Shown one piece after another: positions 26,401 to 38,765 of a DNA stretch of 64,000 bases. How positions within the stretch are numbered: the stretch's first letter is position 1; every line of letters starts with the position of its first letter. Source of the DNA: Paraspadella gotoi (Eukaryota > Animalia > Chaetognatha); assembly GCA_051294375.1 (NCBI GenBank), contig CM119269.1:17284265-17348264 (forward strand), given 5' to 3'. The position numbers and the translations under genes are program-made. The notes beneath the pieces were generated by a model. The model was not told where the DNA came from, did not search any database, and saw only the letters and a program-made list of their open reading frames with translations.

Positions 26401-29400
26401 CGTTGTTGTTATCAGATGAGCTTCTACAACCTGAACTTTGCCTTGGTGCCCTGGCAGACGCTTTGAGTCATGGGATCAAGCTACCCATAAAAACTTACAC
26501 GATTTGTGATTGTATTGCCAATGAAAATTATATTTGAATTGGTTACAGTTATTAAATTTTTGTTGGTTTTTTTGTTTTTTTAGGTTGGCAAGCTCTAATT
26601 CAAGAAGACCGCCTGATCTCACGACTTGCTGTACTAGAAAGTCAATTGGCGGTTCAATCAAAATTACTTCAAACTTGCTCCGGAAAAGATGGTCCGTCTG
26701 ACGAGAACATTCAGCAGGTATATCTTTTTATACGATTTGTGTTTAATTTTTTTAATACCTAGATCTTTTTGGAACGTACGCATAAAACAAAGTTTAACAA
26801 TGAAAATATTTAAATTCACTCAAGGAAATCACGGCTCTCCATGACGACAAGGCCAACTATGAGGAGACTGCCAAGGATTCTATCAACAAAGTCGTCCAGG
26901 ATAAACTCGAAGCCGAACGGCGATTAAGCGACGCCGAACGCGCCCTGAGCAACACGGAGGACGAATGCGCGCATCTTCAGGTTCAGAAGGGGAAAAATAA
27001 GAAAATACAGTAAGAAGCATTTCCGAGTATAAAACTATTAAACTAAAAATTCTTCATCCCCCCCATAGGAAGCGTTAGAGAAAGTAAAGGAAGAGTTGAA
27101 GCAAGAGTGCGAAAAACACGCGGACTTGCTCAAGGATCAGGCAGAGAAAGACTCTCAGGCGGAAGAGCGCGAAAGAGAAAGCGACGAGGAGAAGCGTCAG
27201 CAGTCGGCTCAGGTCAAGTCGCTCGAAGCCGAAGTTGCTCAACTCGGCGCCAAGAACGCCCAGCTTCTCGCCACAGTAGAAGAGTTGCAAGTGAGAACTG
27301 AAAAGAGCCTGTTAATTTAAACGCGGACATTATATTGTTAGCCCTCTTAATCCCCCTCGACACCCAATTAGGCCGATGCCGAATGCAAGGCGAATCAAAT
27401 CCAACTGCTGATCGATAAATTTGGCGCCGATTCGGAGTTATTTAGTGAGAACATGAAGGTCGACCCAAAGACGACGTCGTCTACGGGCATCGTCGTCATC
27501 CCCACCGGGAGCGAAGCCGAATTAAAGGAGTCCAAGTTGGCCGAGTTGGAGGCGGCGACCTCATTGCCAGTCATGCAACCGACGGCCGGCCTTAACCGAT
27601 ACCCGGCGAGCATCAACGGCGAAAACCCCTACCGCAACGAGGCCGACGCGGACGGGCAACGCTATCCCAACAATCGGTTGGAGAGCGAGTCCAAGGCCGT
27701 CGAGGACTCGACGCAGAGAGAGACCCCACCTTCGGACGACCACTCCGTCGTTTCGCCTAATCGGGGTAAGAACCAATCGTATCTTTTGATGCGACGAAGT
27801 TCTGCGCCTCATTCTATCGCTGATGCCTAATGCTTTTGTTTACTCAACAGATAAATGCGGCCGGAATATTAGCCGTCAGCCGCACGTGGAACCCTCCTCG
27901 GCCGAGACCTCCCCGCGGCCGTCCGTGGTGACGAACATTCCCCAGGTTCCCAGCGACGTTGTCCGGTGCTGCTTGAAGGCGGCGCTCGATCAAGTAAAGG
28001 CGGCCGTGTTGCGACAGGAGAACGAGCTGGTTAACCAACCGGCTCACATTCTCGCCCTGATCGACCGACAGATGGAAGCCTACCTCTCCAGCCAAGGTTT
28101 GTCTCCATCAATCTGATTACCACAATGATTGTTTAAAAAAGTCGTTTTAAGGGTCAACACTTTTTTTAGACGACCTACAAATGGCCAAAAGTCCAGATTC
28201 GGAAGCCGACGGAAAGCTTGTGGACATCTTGTTGGAAGAGTCCAAACGACGCCAGGTTGAGGCCGAGGAGGAGCTTATCGTCCTCAAGGGAATTCTGGAC
28301 AAGGAACAACTGAGGTGTGTAACTGTATGTAGCAAGGGTATGAAATAAAGTGGAAGTGGAAAGTTTTACATTCGCAGTCATATTTTGTATTTTACGTTTC
28401 ATTTTTTAAAATTTAGAACCGCTGATCTTGAAAACAAAATAGAGGAGCTCAAGAGTCGAGCCCCGCCGGTGGACAAGGAAAGTGAAAACAAGCAAACCAT
28501 CGATTCGTTGAAGGCCGAGTTGCAATTGAGCAAGGATGCTTATCAGCGGTCAGTTTGAATAAAATGTTTTGTTTTATGATGTAAAAAGAAAGAAAAGGGA
28601 AATTTATACATGTTTTTAAATTACAGCTTGGAAACAGAGAACAAGGATACGAAACTGCGCTTAGAATCGGCATTAACGCAAAGCCCCTGCGACGTCGGTG
28701 ACGGACCTGAATCAGCGGTCCGTCTTCGTCACTCTTCGGCGGTTGGCACGGCTCTGACGCCAAACGCTATTTTTGAGCCTGTCGCTTGTATCGATGGCGC
28801 TCAGAATTCCAGTCGGGATTGGGAAAAGCGTGACGCCAACTCATCCCACCTAAACGCCTCCATAGATTCTTTTCTCATGGATCATTCGTGAGTCGAAGTT
28901 TGGATAGTTGTTTTAATAATTTTTAGTCAGATCTGCTTATCAGCAGATTCCGACTCTATAATTCACTTTGTCGGTAGTCGGTCCACCCCCTAAATCTTGT
29001 CGGTAAATCATTTTTATCATATCAGAACATCGAATTATGATAAATTATGCCCAAAAAAAATTGTCCGTCCGTCCGTCCGTCTAACGGTCCGTCCCCCCTT
29101 AGCATTAAACCCCAGTTACTCGTGATTGGATGGATGGATTGGAATGAAATTTGATGGGAAAATTGTGTGATTGAGCTTGATATAAAGTTTTGATGGAATC
29201 GTGCGAGTGGAAATGAGTTTAAATGGAAAAAACATAAGTCATATTTATTTGAAGTATTTTTACTTATATTTATTCATAATTATTATATTTATTAAAAATT
29301 GGATACATAAATTGAAATGAAATTTTGTGTGTGGGTAGGAAATCATGTGATTAAGCAGGATATACATTTTTGATGGAATCATAGGAGTGGAAAAGAGTTT

Positions 29401-30264
29401 AAAACAGAAAATCAAAAGGCACATTTATTTCAATTTTTAAAAGTTTCTCTCTATATATTATTGATTGATTGATTGATTGGCCAAATTATGCCGGTTGATT
29501 AAATTAGGTCAATTTATTTCATTTCATTTTATGAAATTGGTACAACCAATATAAAAATGTAATTCATTCATTTCAAACAATTAAATCTTATTTTTTGACT
29601 AAGCTCTAGCTATGACTTTATCTTGATTTTTTTTGTGTCCGTTTGTTTATCTGTCATTGAATATTCCTTTTGTTTTTTTACTTCTGAGCTAATTTTATTT
29701 TTTTATGTATTTTTATTATTTTTATATATAAAACAGTTTTCCTTTATCAAATTTGATTTTTTGAGTGTCGAAGTTTGTCATGGGTCCATATTTTTTTTTA
29801 TACAATTACGACGAATCCTTATGCTTTTAAGATTTTTCCTTGGTTACATTTGTACGCCATTTTGGCTCAACGTTTCTTTTATAAAAAAAATATTATCATT
29901 CCATCAGGTTGCCGTGTTCGGACTGCAGTTGTGCAAACCCGAGTCACCAGGCGGAAATCATAGCTCTGCGGGATCAGCTAAGTGTTTTGGCTGAAGATTC
30001 CTCGGCTCTCGTTCTCAGATCCCGAGCGATATCCATGGCCGCCCTCGTTCCGATAGGTGGGTTTGTTTTTTCAAGCAGGTGGCTTATTTATTTATTTCCC
30101 AATAAATATTCTCAGATATCCACACTCTTAACATTGCTAATTATTCGCTTTAAGGTTTGTTGTTGTTGGCCATTCTGCTGGCATTCTACGACTTTCTCGC
30201 CAGTTTCACCGCCACAAACGAAGGCACCTTTCCGACCAACACTCAAGACGGCGGTGAACGGTGA
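23455..30264 (+). CDS. SLMAP: Sarcolemmal membrane-associated protein (FHA, coiled coils, C-terminal tail anchor) with long N-terminal extension
   Basis: Exons 23455-23627, 23807-24048, 24119-24825, 25262-25414, 25508-25925, 26584-26717, 26825-26980, 27069-27290, 27372-27765, 27851-28096, 28170-28314, 28417-28548, 28627-28887, 29908-30056, 30155-30264. [97 protein letters not shown]. Confidence 0.9.
28922..29625 (+). mobile_element. HINE/DINE-1-like element, family 2, with (GTCC)n microsatellite
   Basis: 5' hairpin ATCTGC-TTATCA-GCAGAT, CTATAATTCACTTTGTCGG, (GTCC)n and an internally duplicated GATGGAATC..GAGTGGAAA block; same family at 52495-52860 (+) and 42580-42957 (-). The 3' end is approximate. 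Confidence 0.65.
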
Positions 30265-31419
30265 TCACTGATCAGTCGATGAGTCTATCTCCCCCGTGAA
30301 ACATGCCTCTGACATTGTTGTAAAAGATTACAAAAAAGAGCGAGACTTAAGTTATAATCCTCTTTCGACTTTTTCTCTCTCCTCACACAAAAAAAGCTTC
30401 ATATGTTATATCTAGTAAACGCATTCTACTTTTGTCCTAATTGGTATCATTGAACGTAAAAATTTAAAAAAAAATAAATAAAAAACCTATGTTCCACTTC
30501 ACTTACGTATGACGATTCTACCTAATTCCTCTGCAATTTAGTGATAGATTTGGGACGTCCTCCGCCGGAAGGTCCGTTCATGATTTGTTATATTTGCTTC
30601 ACCGTCGCTTTCGTCGAGTTAATTAAAAACAAACCAACAAATAAAGCGAACTGAATGTCTGTCCTCTGTCCCTAATGCCCGAGCGTTTCTTGTCACGCGC
30701 TCGGTGGGCGGTTTACATAATTTATTTCGTGTCATCTTCCTCCTTTGTTTGAATGATACGATTCATTTTTTTGAGTTTTTTTGATTGTTATAAATATTTC
30801 TCGGGGTACACGTATTTTAGTGCCATAAATTGCGGTGAATGAGATGTTGTTATTTAAAATATTGTTACTGGCTTTAATAATTTCAGTTAGAGTCAAATTC
30901 TTAATTCGGTTAAGACGGTCAGTGAAATTTCAAGTTTAGTATAATTTAGGATACGAGACATATTTGTAAATAATGCCACCCTCTTATGAACAATTAAATA
31001 ATGATTCGATGAACATTCTTTTTTGAATTTCCAATTTTTGTGTCAGTTGAATAGATTTTTTGAAATTTAATTGCATTTGCAGTAAACACCTTACAGCTAG
31101 CTCCGGAAATTCATGATTATAGATTCTTTTAATTTCTTACAATTTACATTCCCTTAATAAGGCCTTAGTCGTAAATACAAAAAATTTCTCCGTCTTCGTT
31201 CGAAAATGGTGGGGTATCTCACCTGTTAGCGTTAGGGGCTCCGGACCCTCAATGGCGTCGCCTGTCATTGGCGCGGTTTTTCGAAAACCGTTGCACCTTG
31301 GAAGTCGTTAGGGCTGTAATAAGAACCATCGGTTCGGATGGCGCGTGGGTAAAGCATTGTGGTTATACTGCCACATTATATTGAATTATTGATTAATATA
31401 TATATATATATATATAAGA

Positions 31420-31680
31420 ATATTCATTGCGCTTTGTTGTGCCAACACTACCTACAGGAAACAGTTGAGCGAGAATTGGTTCCAGTCGGCAGAAGGGCAG
31501 AAGGAAGAAACTTGATGACCTGAAAATAGCAGAGATGGGGTGGAGGGTTGGGGCAGAGGAATATACGAACAAAAGACGGACAAGGCGACAACGAGGGCTC
31601 CAAGCACCACCTGGAATTGCACCACGCCTCTTCAACCAGTCTTATGTGTACAAGAATAACCTACTGGCATCCCTTGTGGG
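31420..31680 (-). mobile_element. Degenerate 3' end of a CR1/L2-like LINE
   Basis: The minus strand gives frameshifted pieces resembling the terminal 'SFFP....DWN.L' motif (SSFFL, SADWNQF) followed by (TA)n. Confidence 0.3.
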
Positions 31681-31891
31681 CAGGCAGAATAGCTCATTTA
31701 TTGTATAAATGGATGGTTTTTATATTGGTTGTTTCAATGTATTTATCTACTTGTCCGGTGGCTGGGTTCCTTCCCGCTATATTCGACCGCTTATGCATTA
31801 TAATCTCGACCGCTTGCTCCCCCTTTAATTTTAGTTTTAAATTTGTTAGTGACAATTCACTTTGAAATCATACGTATATTATAGTCACAGG

Positions 31892-34143
31892 ATGTCCGGT
31901 TCCCAAAGCTTACAACGGTTAATCCCTAAAGATCGGTAAAGCGTTATAACGGCGTTTTCAATGTATTGCGTCTGGAACGTTTGATTTATCCCTCGTTTCC
32001 CCCTCTCAGCGCGTTCGCGCGACAATTCGGTACACCTGAGCGAATACTTTCACGTGCCGACGTTTCCGCCGTTTTCGTCAAGAAGCTCCTGGCCGTCGCA
32101 GTTTCGAATATTGCTTATCTTCGAGACGTTTTTCCGGAGAGCTCCTTCGAAGATCGGTGAGATAGTTGACATCTGGCAAATATAAATCAAAATGATTCGG
32201 TTTTATAAGTTAAACGTAAGATGGGCAGACGGAACAACCGACCGACCGACATCCAATTGCTTTTTCGAGTACTCGCGGCAAAACTAAATTATTATGAGCT
32301 TAGGAAAGAAACTTGAAGTGATTTCGAAAGTTTTTTTTTTTACTGTTCCAGTCATATCGTAATTACCTCAGGTACGTCGACGATTTGCACTTGAAAATGC
32401 TGTGCAACGGGAAAAGAAACTGTCCGCAGGCTCAGCTACTTGTCCAACAAATGAAGGGATGTTTCGAGGCTGTGGATCGCAAATATCTCAAAGAGTTTAG
32501 TTTCTGGTTTTTTCGCGACTCCAATAGACCTGAGGAAGTTCTGGAGGCTTACGTCTTCACCGTCGATTACGTCGACGCTGCCGGTGAGGTTATTTATGTT
32601 GTATTTACTAATCCCAAAATTGTTTTCTTCTTTTAATAACGTTTTGTACATGTCCATTGAACATTGTTCAATTCTTTCCTCCCTTTCAAAATATAAAGCT
32701 GCGCTGACTCTCAACGTGAACGGGTCCCCCTCCTCCCGTGCGGTCTCTAGCGAGAATTTTATATCCGCGACGGTGACTTTCATGAAGTCCCTGATCGAAG
32801 TGGTAGAGGCACTCGATCCTCTCCCGATGAGCGTTCCCTTTCGCGTGCGGCTGGGCCTCGACGAGACCCGAGCACCTCGAGACTTTGCGGTGCCGCACTT
32901 CATCGCGGACGGACCTCGTCTTATCCTCCCTCGGCGCCTCTCGGCCGCCAATCTTAGCACCAATCATCACGGGTTGAGCGTCATCGTCACGTCCGAGTTG
33001 CACCCGGAGTTTGCGAAGAAAGTTCGGGTCATCGTGGCTGAAGAGAAAAGATTCGGCGACGAGAGAGAAGACGTCGATAAAACCAGCCTGACGCAAGAAG
33101 ATACATTAGACACGTCCGAACCGAGTCAAGACTCCAGGGCCTCGATCGACTGTTCTCAGAACCGCATGAGTTGCGTCTGCTTCGGCGGCCCCGATGGCCG
33201 CATGCTGAGATGCAGCGTCTGCTGCCGTTTGCAGCACCAACTCTGCTACGGTATTTTTTCGGACAGCGACTTCGAAGGTGACCACGTTTGTGTGCGTTGC
33301 GTCGAGCGGACGGGCGTTTCACCGCGACGCTGTCTCGATCGCGGCCTCTTGACACGGTCGCCCAGGTCCGCCATGATTGAAGGATCGTGGCGAAGAACGC
33401 TAGGCGTGGCTGCAGAGGTTGAGGTAAGTGAGAGGTCGATCGTATTTTTTAAATTATTATTTTTTATCGTTTAGAATTGCTTCTTTGTGCCGTCGTCGGC
33501 GTTGTCACGCTTATTTTTATCTCGCCAGACGGGCTAAAGCCCGAATTGGGCAAGATGTAGGATCGCTTCTGTTTCTTTGTGACCGTCGTTGTCGTCGTAA
33601 ATGTATTCCCAAAATGACCCTTTTTTTTCAAATGACATTTTTAATACGATTTAAATGACAAGCAAAGGTATACATTATAGATTATATACAGATGTCATTT
33701 TTGTTTTTAATATTTATCTCTTAACCTTTTGTTTACTTCAGTGTTTAAACGTCCGTCATCTGAAACACCGCCTCGGTTTTGCGCGAGACGTGGCCGAAGT
33801 AATGATTTGGCGCTTGGTCAGTCAAAAATTGGCCAGTCGCGTGGAAACCGGTCGGGGCGAGCGAGGCGCTGTCGAACTCGAGTACAAAATTGACCAGACG
33901 GCGTTGAAAATAAAACTCGACGCTGCCCGCCAGGCGTCGGAAAGGTGGCGTCATCCAGGATCGCAAACAGAGGTGCCTGAAGCGGAATCGAATCCGGCGG
34001 TGGAAACGAGCGATCGTGGCGCAAAATCAGCCACGCCTCAACCACGCAACGATAAATTAGCCCCGAGTCAGGGCAAGAGGGGTTCGAGTCAACTCGGCCA
34101 ATTTTCCTCACGAATAACGAAGCGACAAAGGCGTGGGGAGTGA
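31892..34143 (+). CDS. HORMAD: Meiotic HORMA-domain protein (HORMAD/Hop1) with PHD finger
   Basis: Exons 31892-31935, 32010-32156, 32372-32583, 32699-33423, 33742-34143. HORMA motifs SAVFVKKLLAVAVSNIAYLRDVFPESSFEDR, GCFEAVDRKYLK, EVLEAYVFTVDY, LSTNHH; PHD CVC..MLRCSVC..QHQLCYG..HVCVRC. Confidence 0.9.
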
Positions 34144-34728
34144 AGATGGTTTAAACCTTAACCGGCCCGTTCGAAATATAATTTTACTTATAATTTATTT
34201 TTGTTTTAGTTCATTGGAATTAACTTGTTTATTAATCATGATTTTGTTGGTTAAGTTTTGTTTAACATCGTTTGGCCGTTTCTCACTTTTTTTCTTGAGT
34301 TGTGATACGAATTATCTTATATATGCTTATGAGATAGTTTTTAGTAATTGGGGCGATAAATTGAATAAGTTTGACGGCCTACAACCATATTCGAATGGAC
34401 AAATGGCTATGCTTTGTTGATTTATATCTCCGTTTTTTCCTCGGCTAAGATGTCGGGCGTGGTGGCGACAAATAATAGGCGCTGATAAATTGACTACTCA
34501 ATTCGCATTTCTATTTTCTACTTCAGGTAAAAAGAACGCGATTATCATTATAATTATATTTACAAAATGTATTTACATATGTATATGTAAAAACTGTGTC
34601 AAAATTTAAAACAAAATTAGGTTTAGACTAAGAATGGCAACGAAGTGTGTAAAACGATATATGAGTTGGACAAATTGTATAAAAGTACAAAAACTGGCCC
34701 GCTGAACAAAATGAACAATAAGCGTAGA

Positions 34729-36758
34729 TCACCGAATAACTTCGTTCATACACTTGCATTCTTTGACCGTGTAAACTCGCCTCTTTTTGAATTTCGATCC
34801 CGGATTATTGGGACACGACAGAGTCACCGTAGTCCAGGTGCCTCTGCTCGGTTTACAGAAAGAGCAGGACAGAAAAGCCCTCGGTCTTTCCACTCTGTAA
34901 AATGTAATTTATGTAATTTATATTTTCTGTTTCTTCTTTTGTTTACCACCTAAAAATCACCTGCTCTTTTTTCTTGAATGCTTTGGAATGTAAAAGGAAT
35001 TGCATTGCCCGTAACAGAATCTATTAATGATTTGCCTGGGAATGCAACCCTCCTCCTTGATCTTTTGTTTCAGCGGCTCTGTCTGACACCAGTCTCGTCG
35101 CACAAACCGCTTCTTCATAATCATTAGCGCCCTCTTGCTCGAAGTGATAAGACGGTGTTTGGCGCTGTTTTCATAGAGGTTTTTGGTATTTATACAGTTT
35201 TTTCGTTTTTCTCCCGAAACGATAATAAATTTAATAAAACATGATATTACTGACTTAGGCAGCCGGTTTGACGCTCCGGGATTGAAAGTGGACGGAATGT
35301 CGTCGGTCCTTATTCCCGTCTCGGTTTGGTCAACCGGGACGACGTCCAAGTTCTTGTTTTCAGAGTCCCGATCGGAACTTTCTTCAGCACCTGGAAACCC
35401 CGGAATATTCAACGATTCTTTTCCAAAGCTATACAGAAAGGAAGAACGGATAATGAGATAATCAATGCTAAAAACACTTTTGCGATCTCACTAATAGATC
35501 TAATTCAGAGGAATTGGATGGGGGGGTGAAATATATTCTGTCGATTTGATTTTTATTATATTCTCCAAAACGAAAGTTTTTTAACCTTTCTCGTTGCATT
35601 CCGTCTCCGTCTATGATGCTTTCCCCGTAGTCCCCTCTTTGAATTGCTGCGATGGAGGCCTTGACGGCGTTGAGAGCCTCTGTCGCGTTTTTCGGTAGCC
35701 AAAAAACCGGCGTGCCCTTCAGTGGGAACGTGCCCACGCGGGCCCCTCGCCGCAATTTTCTTCGGAGTGACCGGAGGTTGCCTCTCTCTGCATGGACGAA
35801 AATTTAGTTGCCATTAAACTAAAACTGTTTCAACTATTTTTGCAACTTCACACATTTTTAGGAATGATACAGTAAGATCAATGCCACAAAATGTGTAATA
35901 CTTTGAGGAAAAAATGATAACAAAGATAGTCCCAAAAAGCTCGAACACTGAACCTAAAAATATTATATTAAGTTGGATTTGAATAAATAAAGAACTATTT
36001 TAATATTTTAATAAATTAAAAAAATATATTTAGGAAATAACTAATTTGTTTAGTAAGAAAATGTATCTTTATTCTTAAAATTCGGTAAAACTCTTCACAT
36101 AATATAATAATAATAATAATTATTAATTGAACTTCTAAAAAAATGTAAAACCATAAAAACATCTGAAAAGTCGATTTGTGTTTTTTAGATAGCCTTTTCA
36201 GCATCATTTTATATCAGCTAACTTAAGTTTGTTGACGTTTGGAAAAAGCTCATTCTGTTCAACTTTTTCTCTGCTTTCAGTTGATGTATTATTTTAGTAA
36301 TAGAAATTGAGGCATAAGCGGAAGTAGTCCAAAATCTATTCCCGCGTTGAATTTTCTAACTTAAATTCGAAAATTGCATACTCTTTGATATGTCAAACTT
36401 AAAATCACCTAAAGTTTGATTTTAAAGCAGTTTTTAACCATCTTTCACATGGTACTCTTCATTTTTTTCAATGTAAATACTTTTCACCCGAAGCTCAATT
36501 CTTTTGTGGGATTTGAAATTGTTCTTACTGTCGTTCAACGGTAATTTCGATCGCGGTGTTCGTTTTTTAAATTTTTTATTACGTACAAAAGCTTCTCAAA
36601 AAGTTCGATTTATTCAAAAACGGTTAGAAAATAAATTTGTTGCCTTCAAGTTTAATGTACTTACCAAACTGATTTTTGCGTAGTGATTCGTCGGAATTAA
36701 GTGACGAAACCAACCAACAAATGTCGACGAAAAGTATTGTTAAAATCAACGGCTTCAT
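34729..36758 (-). CDS. GREM: Gremlin (DAN-family BMP antagonist)
   Basis: Exons 36758-36665 (signal peptide MKPLILTILFVDICWLVSS), 35787-35586, 35428-35255, 35164-34961, 34894-34729. Cystine knot RRDWCQTEPLKQKIKEEGC..IINRFCYGQCNSFYIP, SCSFCKP, VTLSCP, VKECKC. Confidence 0.92.
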
Positions 36759-37396
36759 CGTTTTTGTTATGGTTTCGGATTCTAGTTAGGGTGAGGTAAT
36801 GTGGTGAGAAATACGTTTGTTCAGAACTTTATTTATTTATGCGTACGATCCTGAGCATGAAAAAGAGAAAAATGAAAAAAAAAAAAAGATTCTCCGTTTC
36901 TTTTGTTGTCAGCGTAGAATCGGAACATTTTCTTCTCTCTTCTCGTGCGGCGTCGTTTTTATTCTCGGGCGTCAATGTCTCAAGTTGCCTCGGAGACGGA
37001 AGCCTTTTCTCGAGAACCCAATCAAGACAGTATCGAGTAATTGCACGTGGTCTTTCCCTTCTCTCGTCTCCTTATAGAGCTTCGGCGTCTCAGTGGGAGA
37101 GAGAGACACAAAAAGAAAGAGAAAGATCGTTGGGCCTCTCGATGATGAGACGCTTGGTTTCGTTCCTTCGTCGTCGGCGACGGATTCGACGATGGTCGTC
37201 TCGTCAAAATCCCTCATTCTTTTCGGTCTTTTTTTTTTTCAGGTCTGACCCCACCTCCCGAGTCCCGACATTCCGCGACGGAAGAATTTACTTTCTACGT
37301 GGCCTGGAAATGTGTTTTTTTCTTTAAACAGTAGTTACATTTTCAACATTATTTAGCCTCTTTAATCTCTGCGCGGGAGACATATTTATTATAAGA

Positions 37397-37513
<117 letters not shown>

Positions 37514-38314
37514 AATTTTAGTAACTCAGTCTCTCCCTCGTCATCGCCTTCCGAATCTCTCTTCAACGATCCCTTCGTCGGGACGAAGAGAAGAGACTGG
37601 CGCGCCGTTTTTTTCCCCGACACCAGGTTACTACGGTTTTCTTTTTATTCTTCCTCAGAAAAAAACTCTGGATATTTTTTTCTATCGGACATTAGCCACA
37701 TCATGTGCGATTGACTTGGATAAGAAACTTTTTTTCGCGTGGACAAGTTATTTGTTAAAAGTGTTACGGTACAAAAGTTTTCTGATAATGACGGAAAAAG
37801 AAATTTAGACTCTTTCCATTTTAAGTGGGGAGAATCGAGAGAACGTTGGTTTGCATAAGCAAAAGGGATTCTGGGTTAGAGTAAAGAAATAGGGGAGAGC
37901 CTCAAACCCAACAAGAGGTTGATACGTTTGAGTGAAAAAGTTTTTAACGAGGGTCTGATTGTAATTCCGGTCTGATTCCGCTGAAATTTTAATATAAAAA
38001 AAAACCACGAGAGGGGGAGAAGGCAATGATAAATCCTTTTTGATTTGTTGCATCGAGGGTGGTTTTTTAATCAAAGACGAAGGCAAAGATAAATTCTCGT
38101 TGATTTGCTAAGTCGATTTCCTGTTCTTCTGTTTTGTGTCGGTCGACGCCGATCCGCCTTTCCTCGCCTCTTCTCCGTCGAGTGGTGCTTAGGCCGACCA
38201 CTTGAGTACTGGCGAGAGAATGCCTTATCATCAAATTTCCAGAGACTCTTTCTGTTTTTACTCTTTTTTTTTCGTTCTTTCTCTCTTTTTATCTTTTATT
38301 TTTGAATTCTTTTT

Positions 38315-38560
38315 ATCGTCGCAATCGCTTGCGCTTGCGACGATTTTTTGACGATGGTCCCCATAAATGTCGTCGTCGTCAGCGTTCCAAATTATAGATC
38401 GATTTTTCTAATATTATTTGTAATTATATGAAGCTAAAAATTTAGATATATATATTCTCATCATCAAGGTCTTGAAAAACTGATAAGGTGATGCATGAAA
38501 TGTGATTTGTTTACATTTTATATAATTATTAAAAAAAAAAAATTTTTCTATTTATATATT
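38315..38560 (+). mobile_element. HINE family 1, 5' part, interrupted by a MITE
   Basis: ATCGTCGCAATCGC-TTGCGC-TTGCGACGAT 5' hairpin, GTCGTCGTC, GCGTTCCAAATTATAGATCG shared with the 19186 copy. Confidence 0.65.
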
Positions 38561-38569
38561 TCTTTCTCT

Positions 38570-38765
38570 GGCTAAATTTTACTTTCGCCGACCGCGGCTT
38601 TGGCGGTTTTTGAAAAATTATTTAAAAATATTTATTTTTTAAAAAAAAATTTAAAAAAATATAGTACCTAATTACCTTAACCCTAAACCCTTTTAACCCT
38701 AACCGTAAATTACTTTTAACCCTAACCCCTCTTTAACCCCGGTCGGCGAAAGTAAAAGTAATTCC
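38570..38765. mobile_element. MITE with ~27-bp TIRs and internal telomere-like CCCTAA repeats
   Basis: GGCTAAATTTTACTTTCGCCGACCG ... CGGTCGGCGAAAGTAAAAGTAATTCC; internal AACCCTAAACCC/AACCCTAACC. Related pieces at 38921-39130, 47680-47912, 50136-50266 and 63024-63212. Confidence 0.75.
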
